Position numbers and translations under genes: made by a program. A stretch of DNA of 64,000 nt from Yuukianura sp. NJ FZ-2021. Taxonomy: Eukaryota. Under the pieces are notes generated by a model. The model was not told the DNA's origin. It made no database searches and saw only the letters and a program-made list of their open reading frames with translations. Below, in pieces: positions 38,642 to 51,663 of the stretch (its first letter is position 1; every line of letters begins with the position of its first letter). Location of the stretch: contig CM102287.1 of the NCBI GenBank assembly GCA_046563655.1, positions 5,952,001 through 6,016,000 on the forward strand, in the 5' to 3' direction.

Positions 38642-40829
38642 TTACACGTGTTTGAAAACTGCTGAAATCGTTTTCTTGTAGTTATTCACGAGGTCATCCT
38701 TGTACTTCGAAATTGTGTTGTCCATGACCATGACATTCTTGAGGCATTCGATGTTGTCACAGTCGTAGAATTCAGATCCTTTGACGGGGCCGTTACAATG
38801 TCGATGAATGTCCTTGTAATGCTGTAGTTAATCAAAATATTTTTTTAGGTTTTTGAAAAAAGTGATTTAAAAAAACCGAAAGTGGCAGCTTCAGAACTTA
38901 CCTGCAGTTGAACTTCCGTTTCGTTTAAGTGGAACTTGGCACAGGAATTGGGGAAACAGGCGAATGGAAAGTGATTGAAAACTTCGAGGACTCGGTTAGG
39001 CACAAAGAAAGCTTTCGTCCCAACACCAAATGGTTGATGTTCTTTGGGCGGAATCTTGTAGATGTGCTGGAGCATGTGCATTTGTGGTGGAATTCCGGGC
39101 AGCGATTGTCGCTTGATGCCATCGAAGAAGCAACCGGTTTGTTTCACTTGGTACGAACTTGGATTGCTTGGATGTTTGGTGATATTATCTTGACGAGCGG
39201 CATCCAACACTTCATTCCAAGTTTTGTACTTGATTGGAACAATCACCTGTAAAATTCGAAAATATTTTTTTATATTTTTTTCAAAATTCGAGTATTTTCA
39301 ACACTTTGTATAAAAAAAAAGAATTTGGTCACCTCGTCGATGTCGAGAAGCACAATGTACTTGTATCGGTACATCCCGTGGTAAAAACAATCGTTGTATG
39401 GCATAATTTCAAGGCATCGCTTCCGATTTCTGTTGCGACGGAAATAAGTGTGTCGAGCAATAGGGTCATTCGTTAGTGTTCCAGGCAATGTTAGAGGTCG
39501 AAGGTCAACTATTCCTTTGAAATGGTAATACTCCAGCACTTTTTGGACATTTGGATGCACAGCGTAGAGGTAAGTGTGGATTTTGTCAGCTCCCAGCAGC
39601 TTGAGTAGTTCAATCCATTCGATCAAACGTGAACTGATGTCAGGTTCCGGGAAATCCAGCCCCTTGACGCAGACGCCGAAGTTTAATGAAGGTTTCTGTT
39701 GAGGTGGATTGTGAATAACTTTGAGTTTGTTCGTAGCAAGGTCACACTTTTTCCGTACAACAGATACTGCAAATGGAATCAACTTCTGCAAAAGATAAAA
39801 ATTATAAATGAAATCAGTTTTCAAAAAATAAGTTTCTTCTACTGACAAAATTGTACTGTGATTGTGCTTGGCTTTACCTTGATCGGGCCCTTAAGTGGAC
39901 AATTTATAGCATAAGTGAATTCTATCGAAGGGCATTTCTGTTTGTCTTTCTTCCAAGCCCAAACTATTCGTGGAGTGGCTTTAGTGACCTTTGCTTTATG
40001 AAATTCCGTAAACCAAAATTGGCAGAAGAACGTTCCGTTCTCAACGCTGGACGGTGTTGCTACTCCTAGAATTCTGATTTCTGGGTTCTTTCGATGCTGG
40101 CGGTTGTCGTAGAAGGCATTGTACAAGTAAAATGTTCCATTCAACGTCTTGAGAACCTGTGAATCGAACAAAATTGACGTTTGAATTAGAAAAATTCAAG
40201 CAACACAACTGAAATATAACTTTAGTCTGACAATAAATTTTCAATCACCTGCCAGTAGACATTGCTGATCTTCAGCTTCTTGTTACTTGGATAGCGTATG
40301 AGGCATTTTGTTGGAAGTTCTTCATTCCTAAATGAAAAATTGGCGGGGTCGGCCTCAACAATGTTGGTTTGGAAGTTCAGCGTAGAAATTGAAGAATTGG
40401 AGTGATGCATGGCGGTGGTACTTTTCTTTTTGAAAAACGACGAATTTTTAGCCGGTTCGTGGAATTCCAGATCCTTCCTAAGAAGAAAATCAAAATAAAA
40501 CTAGAGTTTTTGATCACTCTCGACCCAATTTTTGTGTGTACTTACTCCATGTGTATTGAGTCACCATTCGGCTCAGCATCCAAAACATCTCGGCTTGCTG
40601 TTTGATTCACCTTCTTATGCGACTTGGGGATATGCTGGATGTGTCTTGGTTGCCGTCTGGAAAAGTCCTGAGCCGGGACCGGAACCTCTTTGATTTCACT
40701 CCTCTGGAATTCTGGAGTCGGACGAAACATGGTTCGACGATCACTGAGAAACTGAAATACTATGTAAAAGTTATACACGAGCATAATAACTATAAACATG
40801 CAAATCAATTTATGACTTGCAAATTCCAT
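38642..40829 (-). CDS. Glycosyltransferase family 92 (DUF23) type II membrane protein (a final exon to ~38410 is possible)
   Basis: N-terminal TM, YLYNAFYD, GVCVKGL, LIEWIELLKLLGA, YNDCFY, LLDIDE (DxD), LQHY. Confidence 0.88.
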
Positions 40830-41219
40830 TCTAAACACTCAAATTGCCCTAAGTTGAATTTCACAATAAGAAGTCATGAAATCTTTTTATGAAAACCGAC
40901 GACACAACTGAAAAAAATCTAAAAAGCATCTTTTATCCAACAAGCACAACACCAGTCTTTCGACACAAAGCCGAAGCAAATCTCCAACAGCAACCGCGTT
41001 ATCCAGTGAAACTGAAACAACGCAGAGCAGTACTTTGTCAAAAACTGAGAATCAGATGAATGATCTAAAAGATGCTATAATTTGACCGTGAAGGAATATA
41101 TTCTTCTCGCTCCGACTCTAAATCATGACTAGAAATTTTAATGGTTCGATTTTAAAAGTATTTCGCTTACAGTGTCTGGTACCAGCCCAGTTACGTTCAT
41201 AAATTGATTGACCTAGAAT

Positions 41220-41883
41220 TAGAGCTTCAACGTTCGAACTGTTCGGTTCGAACAGTTCGGTTCGAACGCCTCTTTTTTTTAGTGTTCGATGTTCGAACTA
41301 TTTGGCTAACTGTTCGAACAGTAAGTCATAAAATTAGACCAAATTGAACTTTCTTTAACAAGTTAGGCAATCGCTCAGGTTTTCAAAAAGATTGAGTGAA
41401 ACAATGTCTTTCTACTTTTTTCGTTTTTCTAGCATGAATTTGCCAATTCAAACGCCATTTCTCTCAATTTTTTAATTCCATTTACCATACCAACGCAGAA
41501 TGAAACAGGGTGAATTCAGTTTTTTAAATTTTGTACAAAAAAGTTAAAACTCGAGTTATTGACGAAACTGTTAAAGAAAAAGTATTTTTGTTTATCAACA
41601 TTGGGGGTAACGGTGGACAGGCTTTGCCTGCTTCGTTCTCATTTTCAGATTTACGATGTCTACCTAGATAAGCAACCTAATTAAATCAACCCGAATAAGC
41701 GTATTTTGAATATTTTCAACTACACTACAAGTGCTGTTCGATTTTCACAATATACGGTAATGAAGGGGTACATAGAAAATAAGATGACCTCAAGTGTTCG
41801 AAGCTTCGAACTTTTTGTTTTAAAGTTCGAACAAATGTTCGTTATTCGAACATCACCAAAACCGTTCGAACATTGAAGCTCTA
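41220..41883. mobile_element. hAT-type MITE with gttcgaac subrepeats, containing a nested remnant of the CAAGG MITE family (~41350-41581)
   Basis: TIR tagagcttcaa...ttgaagctcta. Perfect 8-bp TSD cctagaat at 41212-41219 and 41884-41891. Confidence 0.85.
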
Positions 41884-41901
41884 CCTAGAATCCGGGTATC
41901 A

Positions 41902-43849
41902 TCATCTGCTGCCAGTGTTTTCCCAAGCATCCCAATACTCTTTCGTTTGCATTTCACTCAGCCGTGACAGAGCTCGTTCAAAGGCAAATAATTCCTCTTC
42001 TCCAGTAAAAATAGAAGCTTTGGCTCCATCCGACTGAAAATTGATACCAAGATCATCCATCAACTTTCGATTGTCATCGGAGTCCAGAGTACTCCTTTCA
42101 TCCGCGGTGTCTTGGAACAACTGCCGCAGCGGAACTTCCGCGGAAATTACCAGTCTAACCTGCAACAAGAAAAGAAACCAGCGCGGTAATTACATATTCT
42201 TATCCTTAACCGGAAGTATTTGTACTTGCAAGTATCTGTAATCCGATGTACATTTGCTGTTTATAAACTTATACCTACCCTGTTATCGTATAGGGTGTCA
42301 ATAAGTGTAATAAATCGTCTAGCTTGTGACTTCAGCTTCAAATTCAATTGAGGGACGTCTCGCAGGATGAACACATGAAAATATTGGGCCATTGTAAGAT
42401 AATCTGATGCTCCCAGAGGCTGTTTCATGGAAACAAAGAAGTTAATCTCAAGACATGAGCCGTCGTTTGAAAAGATTGTACTGCTATTCAGTTTGAAAAG
42501 TCTTACCCGGTCACATAGTTCTGAAAAACCAGCGTCTATTACTTGACCACAAGTTTTTGAAAAAGTAACGTTGCGGCCCTTGATGGTGAGCGTTTTTGGA
42601 CGAACGGAGTCATTCTCTTTTGAACACAAGAATTTAAAGACCTTATCCAGTTCTTGGTCAGCATCACACTCCAATTTGCTATTAAAAGTCAAGGGAACAC
42701 TATATGTACTTTTAACAAAAAAAAAAAAGAAGACAGTTCATGATAGTAACTCCGAGAATATTTACCAGAAATACTTTGTCTCTTGAGCTCCTGGCAGTCG
42801 TCTTTGTCTGTAATCGATTCCAGAGTCCAAACTGACGATGTTGCAGTTATTTTTTAAAATTTGAATGAACGGTACGAAATTGGATCTCTGAAGTCCATTT
42901 TTATAAAGCTCATCCGGAGGGCGGTTTGAAGTGGCAACAACGACTACACCTTGTTCGAAAAGTGACGTAAAAAGTCGTTTGAGAATCATTGCATCGCCAA
43001 TATCGGTAACCTGGAAGATTAACAGACATAGGTACTATTCAATTGGCATACTGCAATTCGAGTTTGCCAAACTTTCAAAAACATGCATAAGTTGAATGGA
43101 AGAGTTGTCGTTTACCTGAAATTCATCGAAACAGAGAAGCCAGGCTTCGTTGGAAATACTTACAGCTACTGGTGGTATAGGGTCATATACTTGTGGTTTT
43201 GTACCGGTTTTTGAATCAAACGCTGTCGCTTTCTTCACGTTATGAATTCGTGAATGAACGTCAGACATGAATGCGTGAAAGTGAACTCTTTTCTTTAACT
43301 TGACAGGAGAAATTGAATAAAATAGATCCATCAGCATTGTCTGAAATATTCGAAACCAAACTATTAATAGATGAACTGCTTAAGTTAATTTAGTAATGCT
43401 TTTGCATTGCTTGTGCTGACCTTGCCCCCGCCAACAGCACCGTGAATATAAACACCTTTAGGAATTTTTGACTTCTTGACTTTCGAATTCCCGGAGAGTA
43501 TTTTGCCGAAAAATTTCCCAAGTTGGCTAGCAGCAGAATTCCTAGGTGCTTCATAGTTCTTTAGAGATCGATGAAGATCATCGAACTTCTGAAGTACCTT
43601 GAGCTGGTAATCGTCCTTAACAATTTTGCCTTTCTGGACAAGAGACATGTATTTCTCGGATGGAAGCACTTCCGTCACACTGTCTGGCGGAGCAGAAGCT
43701 GTGGTACACCATCTTGGACGAAACGGATAACGTAGACCAAATCGCTGTATTTCCGCCATACCAAGCCACGACACTGGTATCTTATTACACGATTGCCATA
43801 TTGTATATTTTTTGTGTCGCACAAATTCCCTTGCGACATTGGTGTGCAT
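41902..43849 (-). CDS. AFG1L: AFG1-like mitochondrial ATPase (LACE1)
   Basis: Walker [69 protein letters not shown]. Confidence 0.95.
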
Positions 43850-45059
43850 TTTTCATGTGCCTCGATCCTCCTGTCCTGTTAGTAGTTAGTTATACTAATC
43901 CTTGTTCTATCTGGCTGAATTTCTTCCCAAACCGGAGTTTACTTCGAAGTTCAAACAAAGCTGAAATAGGAGCGAAGATTAAGCAATCGTATGTACCGGT
44001 TAGGGTTGGAGTTTGAGCTCGAACACACACAGAGTACATGGACAGGAAAGGTAAAGGTCACAGGTCAGGTGTTGTTTGTGAACGTGGTGGAATGGCGACT
44101 GCACCGAGACTGTGGACCCACCCTTGATGGGTTCAGGTTCCAGGAGGGGGTCAAGTCCACTGCCGGAGCTGACGCTTAGGCTTTCTACGTCTTTCTGTCA
44201 AATTAAAATAGGCTAATTAGTATAGAAATTCAGTGCTACCTAGCTCTTAAGAAATTACTAAAAGTCAGTTTAAGATAATAAAGCTGCACTGACCAACTGA
44301 CCTGTCGCTGTTGTTTTCTTTGTCAGCGGTGGTAGCCCTTGTCACTTAAATGTCACTCCAGTAGTGTTCGTATCAGAAAAATCATACTCACAAGTCACAA
44401 CTCCAGCTGATCTCTTCATTTGATTTTTTTTTGAAACCCTACTCACTCAAGGGTGAATTTTCGGGATGGAGCGGAGGGAGGATGGCATGGGCGGGGCAAG
44501 GTGCAACCGATAAAACCGAAGTTTTGCATCTTTAATGCACCTTGAAAAAGCAAAAAAATGCATTTTTTTGGCAAAATTTAAAAAATACGTATATACACTC
44601 TGCTACTTCACTTACCTTGCAATTTTCACTTTTGAATAACCACTCCGCATTCCGCCATTTGCACATTCGACAATACGATTTTGGAAACTGAGGAGCATTT
44701 CTTGAAATTGACATTCGACGGCTCGCTAAAATTAGGTCAATTTCATCTCCCATTTTTCGAACAACCTTGCAGAAATGCAAAGTTTTATCAAGATCAAGCT
44801 AAAAAGATTTCAACTCTACCGAATATCTCGAATTATTGCCTTAGCAACGCCTGTTTAGGTTTGATGTTTGCTACTACTGGTGATGAAGATGATGCGGAAG
44901 CTTGAAACTCTTTACGAGTTTTCAGATTGGAAGCAGGAAACAAACGACGGACGCACGCACGCGACGCGGACGCGACAAATTTGTTCTCCAAATTTTTCAA
45001 ATACTGACACTTCAAATCTTCTGTTGACTGGGCTTGGACAAACTAAATTCGAAATCAAT

Positions 45060-45823
45060 ATGGCCGCCATCAACCCTTGCTGCTGCTACGACATCAAGAC
45101 GGGAGTCATTGTGATGACATTTTTGTGGCTCGTAAGCAAGGTCACATGTTATTCGTACTGGAGGTGGCGGTCAAACATTCCTACGACTTCATCTTATTGC
45201 AGATTGCAGATTCTTTTGCGCTTCTCCTGAATGCGGCCTGCTTGGCCTTTGTACAGGACGGGTCATCGCAATGCGTTGTATATGTCAACCTCGGCAAATA
45301 TACTTTCACTTTAACAACAATTCTGGGAATCTGGTTTGATCTTGCTAACGTGATAATGTGCATCGTCGTGCAAATTGGCGCCATCAAAGTGAGTGCTTGC
45401 TTCCTCCAACTAATTTTCTATAATGTTTACAATTAAGTGAGGTCTTTTTTTCCGTAGGAGAATGCTGGATTGATCAAACTCTGGTACCCGTATCTAATTC
45501 TGCACTTCTACTACTTCGCTGTAAAGTCTGTGAGAGCAGCCAACGAGAAGAGTGACGTCGACATCCTCTCGCCAGTTGTGAACGTCACGTTGACCGGCTA
45601 CCTGTTCTGGGTTGCGCAGGCCCTCATCAATAAGATCAACGCAGACAAGTGTAAGAATGAATTTGACCTTGTCAGCGCTCAGAGTTTCAGTCACCTCCAG
45701 CCAGTCAATGACGAAATCCCGCCACAATCAGCTCCTGCATCGGATCTCAACCAGCAGCAGCAGGGTCAACCGTCCAGCAGCATCTTCCGTCGCACTGGAG
45801 CCACCCAAGGCAACGACGGCTGA
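45060..45823 (+). CDS. Small four-TM protein (LAPTM/DUF4728-like), 3 exons
   Basis: N-terminal CCCYDIKTG motif, four hydrophobic segments, polar C-terminal tail. Confidence 0.7.
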
Positions 45824-46176
45824 AAAACCTTCAAATTCCTTCAACCGCTTCACCTCAACCTCAAATTCTAAGTTAAAAGTCTCGACTAAATCTTAAATTG
45901 ACATTATTTCAGTAACATTGATACAATGTGGCCTCATGTAGACAGACAAAGACTTTACGATTAAAAGATAAAAATTTAACCTTTAATGAAAAAGAAATAT
46001 AATTCTACTAATCATTCTAAATTCCGTATTCAGTTAAGTTCTAAAAATATTTATAAGGAGTGTTTGTTTAGTTATAGGTTATTTAGAAGAGCAGGATGCA
46101 TAAGGTATCATAAGTACACATTGACTCGACAAAAAATAACGAACGCTACGCTACAGCATGCGCTTCAACTGGAACC

Positions 46177-49100
46177 TTATTCTATAAAGAGTTCAATGTA
46201 ACGACTTCCCATCATCTCCCTGTGCTTGTGCAAGGCTTCGTTCTGATCCTGGGGACTTGCAAAGAAGGCTCGCGCAGAACCTGACAAAAATGTCCAAAAA
46301 TTATTAGTCTGGCTTTAAAATACTTAGTAAGTACAGTCCGCTTATTGTCACCAAAGTGACAAGCAAAAATGTCGCTCCACAGCGACACCCCTGAATTCTT
46401 GATCTAAAAATCTGAGCGTCCATGCCAGCTTCGGCTGAAGGGTTTCGCACCTTTTGGTGGCTGTAGGTGACATTTCCTCGCAAAATGTCGCCAGTACGCT
46501 GCGACATTCAGGAAAATCCTATATTTTGGGAACAATACGAGGTCACTGACCCCTCTATGGCTGTTGTGACCCCAGTATGCCCCCCATTTTTTTTTGTAAT
46601 TTTGGTAGGAGGGTGTCATAAAGTAAAGTTAGCAACAAAGTAAACGTAGTAATGGCCGCCGCCGCCATCTTGGATTCTGCGAAGAGTCCCCTGAGCCGGA
46701 TTTCCTTGGAATTTTTTTACAGTTCCTTGGAAATTCTATCGAATGGTGACATGTGGTGAGTGGGGGGGAACTATCCACAACAATGGCCGCGGCGGCCATC
46801 TTGGATTCCGCGAAGAGTCCCCTGGGCTGGATTTCCTTGGAATTTTTTCACAATTCCTTGGAAATACTGTCCAATGGTGACATGTGGTGAGTTGGGGGTA
46901 CTCCTGGCTCCAGCAATGGCCGCAGCCGCCATCTTGGATTTGCCGAAGACTCTCTTGGGCTGGATTTCCTTGGAATTTTTCCACAATTCCTTGGAGACAT
47001 TGTCGAATGGTGACATGCGGTGAGTTAGGGACAGAACTGACCCCAGTAATGGCCGCCGTCGCCATCTTGGATTTTGCGAAGAGTCATTTTTTGCATGATT
47101 TTCCTGGAATTTTTTTAAGCTACTTGAAGATGTATCTGAATACACACATAAGCTATGCTTGCAAGCAAATAGGTGCGGTAATATGGCCTCTGCTGCCATC
47201 TTTGAAGAAATTGAAACTTTACGTTTTCGGTTTACCAATATTCAAAATGGCGAGGAGTTGACTCACCACATGTACTTCCACCATATTTGGAAGTATTTCC
47301 AAGGAATTCGAAAAAACTGGCGAAGAGTCCACCCCAATGGACTCTTCGGCAAATCCAAGATGGCGGCCGCGGCCATTGTTCGGGTCAGTTGTTTCCCCAA
47401 CTCACCGCGTGTCACCATTTGACAGTATTTCCAAGGAACTGTGAAAAAATTCCAAGGAAATCCAGCCCGAGAGAGTCTTCGGTAAATCCAAGATGGCGGC
47501 CGCGGCCATTGTTGTGGACAGTTGCACCCCCAACTCATCACATGCCATCACTCGACAGTGTCTCCAAGGAATTGTAAAAAAATTCCAAGGAAATCCAGCC
47601 CGAGAGAGTCTTCGGTAAATCCAAGATGGCGGCCGCGGCCATTGTTGTGGACAGTTGCACCCCCAACTCATCACATGCCATCACTCGACAGTGTCTCCAA
47701 GGAATTGTAAAAAAATTCCAAGGAAATCCTGCCCAAGGGACTCTTCGCCAAATCCAAGATGGCGGCCGACGACCATTACCTTACGTTTTATGTCGCCCGT
47801 CTTACCTATTGATGCATTTCGATCACATCTCCAAGGAATTTCAAAATAATTCCAAAAAAAATTGGCACTGGATGGTCTCCGCAGAATCCAAGATGGCGGC
47901 GGTCACCGTCGGGCGACATTGTCGGACTCCTACACTGACGTTGTACCTTCTGGCTATCAATTTGGAATGGCAATTCGACAAATTCTTAGGAGAACTTGGC
48001 CCTAAGTGGTCTCCGCCATGTTTCAAGATGGCGGCGGTGACATTAGGGTGGCGGAATACATGTCGTTCAGCGACAAAAAGTGTTTCCCAAATTTAGGAAT
48101 TTTTTTGGGTGGCAATGGTTTAGCTGTCATAGCGGCATAAACGATTTTTTATCAGAAAGACAGTGTTGTCACTTTGGTGACGTTAAAAGACGGCACGTTA
48201 TTCCTGAACATACAGGGGCTCAAGTGTTAGTTGATTATTCTTGATAACTGCCGTTGCATTAAAAACTTGGAAAATATCTAACCCGAAGGTCTGTTGGTTT
48301 CATCAAATATGATTTGGACTCCTCTCGTGTGCAACGGAGAAAAGAAACTCCGGATGTCGCCCTCAGTTGCAGACCATGGTAGCCCACGCATGAGAACAGC
48401 ATAGTCTCCCCCACCACCGCCACCAGCGGAAGGCCCCATCATTCTCTGACTCCCTTTGAGGCCTGAAAAGAATAAAGCGACATTCACATTAACTTGTTTT
48501 AACTTGGAGACAAACCATGCACTCATCTATCAAGTTCAACGACTAAAAAAATTACCGGGCAGGAGTGGCCGTGGACCTGGTTTCAGTGACTGTGAACTTC
48601 CACCAGTGCCGATATCCCATGAATTCTCAACTCTGTTTGCGTAGTCACTCCAAGTACTTTGATTTCCGCCAGAAGAATGGCCGTAACCTGCAACAAAAAA
48701 TTATAACACTGTACACGAGCATTGAAACGAGATTGGTTGGATATTTTTTACACACCTCCACCCCCTCCACCATTACCGTTGCTCCCCATGTTGCTTCTAC
48801 CGCCGAAGTAGCGATTTGGGCCGGCTCCTCCTGATCTTTGATTTCCCATCTGCATCTGATATCTGCCCGTAGCGGGTCGTTGCTCTCGATTTGGTGGACG
48901 ATCATATGGAGTTGGTCTGTTTCCATACGAGTACTGCCGATTGTTACGCTGACCCATGCCGCTGTTCATCGAATTCCTTAGCTCCGTATTGGTCACACGG
49001 AATATTTCAACATATCTAGAAGTTCAGAGAAAAAGTATTTAGAAACTCACAAGTTGGCGACAAATAGTAAGTCCCCCCTCCCAGTCCCAGTTCCCACCCA

Positions 49101-50648
49101 CGAGAGGGGAACCGAACCGCCCATGACACGGCAGATGGGAGACATTGGTGACCAAAAACAAAAAATATGGTGTAAGTAGTAAACCTGTGTCCGATACATT
49201 CCCGATCCCTCTGCAGTGCCATCTCTGCCCCCTGTAGAAGGAACAAATACCGTATTCGTCAACATCTTTGTACTTGCATAAGTCTTTCGAAAGTCCCGGA
49301 CCGAGATACACACAAAACAAGACGCAAGGTCGTCAACTTTTCATCATGTACTGCGCAACACCAGTAACTGTTCATCGCGATCTGTGTTAATTCTCGGCTT
49401 TAGATCTCGATCCAGGGTCAGGTCAAGGAATAGGACGTGGGACATAGAAACCCAAGTATACAAAATATAACACTGTTTAGGAAATTTTGAAACCCAGTCA
49501 TTGTGTCGACCATCGAACTGAACTCTAGAAACTTTAGACTGAAAACGTATTTTAACAGAAATCATTTTTGCGCAGTACACAACGCGTAATACATAGTACT
49601 GTTACAATTATATCTGAAGGAAACTGACAACTTACAGCTCGAGTTTGAAACTGACAGTAAGCTTCTCCTGTAACTTTCCCACCCGAATCCACGATCAATT
49701 GTACTCCATCCGGTGCTATCGCCAGTCCTATGCCACCACCCATTTCAGCATTTAAATTAACGTCAAACACAAATGACTCTAGAACTGAATTCCCTTACCC
49801 ATTTACCCCTGAGCCCTCCCGAACTTGCAACGAAATACCACAAACCCGACATGCATAACTTAATGTTAAGTAAAGCTTATGATTACCAGAGAAAAATTGC
49901 TCAATGTCCTCAACAGTGCATTCGTATGGGAGGCCTCTCAAACGCACGTAAGTTTCAGCTTCACCTCCAGAAAAGCCGTAGCCGCTGCCACCGGAGCTAT
50001 GAGTGGCTCTTCCCCGGTATTGAGAAGCCGAACCGTTGGGAATTTCGTCAGGTCGAGATCGCTTCAAAATCCACTCCATCTCTACTTTTTTGACTTTGTA
50101 TACCTGTAACAGATTTGAAAAGTTAGTTTAGACTTTGTTTTAGAAACACGTTAAGTAAACGATTTCTCGCGTTTTGTCGTAGAACATAAAAGCGAAGTAT
50201 ACTTACTTCAATATAACGATGGCCCATACTCTCATGATCCTTTGTCAAAGCCTGTTCGACGTCCCTTTCGGTAAGCATTTCCACAAAACACTCTCCAGTG
50301 GCTCGACCTTCGCTTGTCTTTACCAAGTGGACACCTTCCCTATCTCCCATTATCTGACATTCAGCTGTAAAATAACAACAAAATTAACATCTTAACTGTA
50401 AATGAAATGACTTCTATTAGTAAACAATGCATACGGCCAAAGAAGTCTACGACATCGTCGACTGTCATTGCCCAAGGACATCCTCGCATTTTGACGACGT
50501 ACTCCATTTCTTCAGACTGGAATCCTTCCAGTCCTGCAGAAGCCGGGGGCATCAGCTGTTGAGTAGTATCAACGTCAAATAAACTTGGAGGTCGTCCTTG
50601 ACCCATGAAATTCTGCCCCAACGATGGGTCACTGTGTAGGTGATTCAT
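46177..50648 (-). CDS. glo: Glorund / hnRNP F/H family protein, three qRRMs
   Basis: VVKMRGCPW, VRLRGLPY, VLMRGLPW, GHRYIEV/GHRYVEIF/GSRYIELF repeats, Gly-rich linker with RPTPYDRP. Last exon 46281-46177. Confidence 0.92.
46334..48197. mobile_element. ~1.85-kb foldback element with inverted arrays of a 133-bp unit, in the last glorund intron
   Basis: gtcaccaaagtgacaa (46347) is inverted at 48166-48181. Left-arm units carry gccatcttggatt and right-arm units aatccaagatggc. Units starting at 47461 and 47594 are identical. Confidence 0.85.
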
Positions 50649-51663
50649 TGAGCCACAAACTACAGTAATACGTGTACTATATAATCGAAAATAACTTTTT
50701 AGTTAATCGATTAATTAAATGAAGAATTACACTGAGAATGAATCAAATTAAAATTTAAACCACTTCCAGCAAATAAATGGACCAAATCAAATCTGACCGG
50801 ATTTTTTTTTTCGGAATTTCATGTTTTTTTTTTTACTAAAAGAAAATTTTTTTTGAAAAAGGATTAAATCACCGCCTTTTATTGTAGCGTTATGCACACC
50901 TTACACAATCGAAAAGCAAATCGATTAAAAAAATATTTTCGAATTCCTTTATTATACGAATTCTCCATAGTTTCTCCACTTTTTTGATTTTATATTGAAA
51001 ACTGAATTAATATCACCTTAATTACTAACTTAATAAATGGAATCTTTAATGTCCGTCAGATAATTAGTAGACTGTGACCTGGAGATTTGAAATTCAATGG
51101 CTCAAACCTTATGTCGTTGCGATAATCTATATAGAATCCGTGAAATCAACTGCAATTTGAAAATTTTATAAACTGGAAATTGCAAGACGGCAAGAAAAGT
51201 GGAACTGCCAACAGTTCAATCCGAACTGTAAAACTAGTTTCCTTAATTTGCTGACGACAATAATTGTTCCATAAATGACTTTGAATTGAGCAAGTACATT
51301 TTTGAATGATAAATTTGAATCGAAGATGCGTGGGAGTTTTTGTAATTATTGTAGTACTTCATAATCATAATTCATAAGTAAGTATACACTAGTAATTAAC
51401 TCATAAATCTTGTCTCTTCTGGAGTCTGGAAGTCTGGACTGTTGGACATTATGCGAGTACTTATGTAAGTTTTACACTGGATTTCGTAACCTTAAACCTA
51501 GTGAAAGGACTTTTAGTTTTACATTTAGTTTCACAGTTCTGTAACTGGCAGATAACCTCTCTTCATTTGTCCGCTGCCACTTTACGTTCATCGTACTGAG
51601 GATACTGTAAGCGTAACTTTACCAGCGTAACTGTACTAACACAGTTACGCTGAAATAATTAAT

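Noticed and set aside
46736..48096. Many repetitive ORFs (SKMAAAAI, NPRWRPRP) and a superficially CRISPR-like periodicity
   Set aside because: The whole 133-bp unit repeats without unique spacers, the context is a eukaryotic intron, and no cas or transposase gene is present.
49240..49350. Possible intronic C/D snoRNA (ATGATGA on the minus strand)
   Set aside because: No properly placed CTGA D box or terminal stem found.
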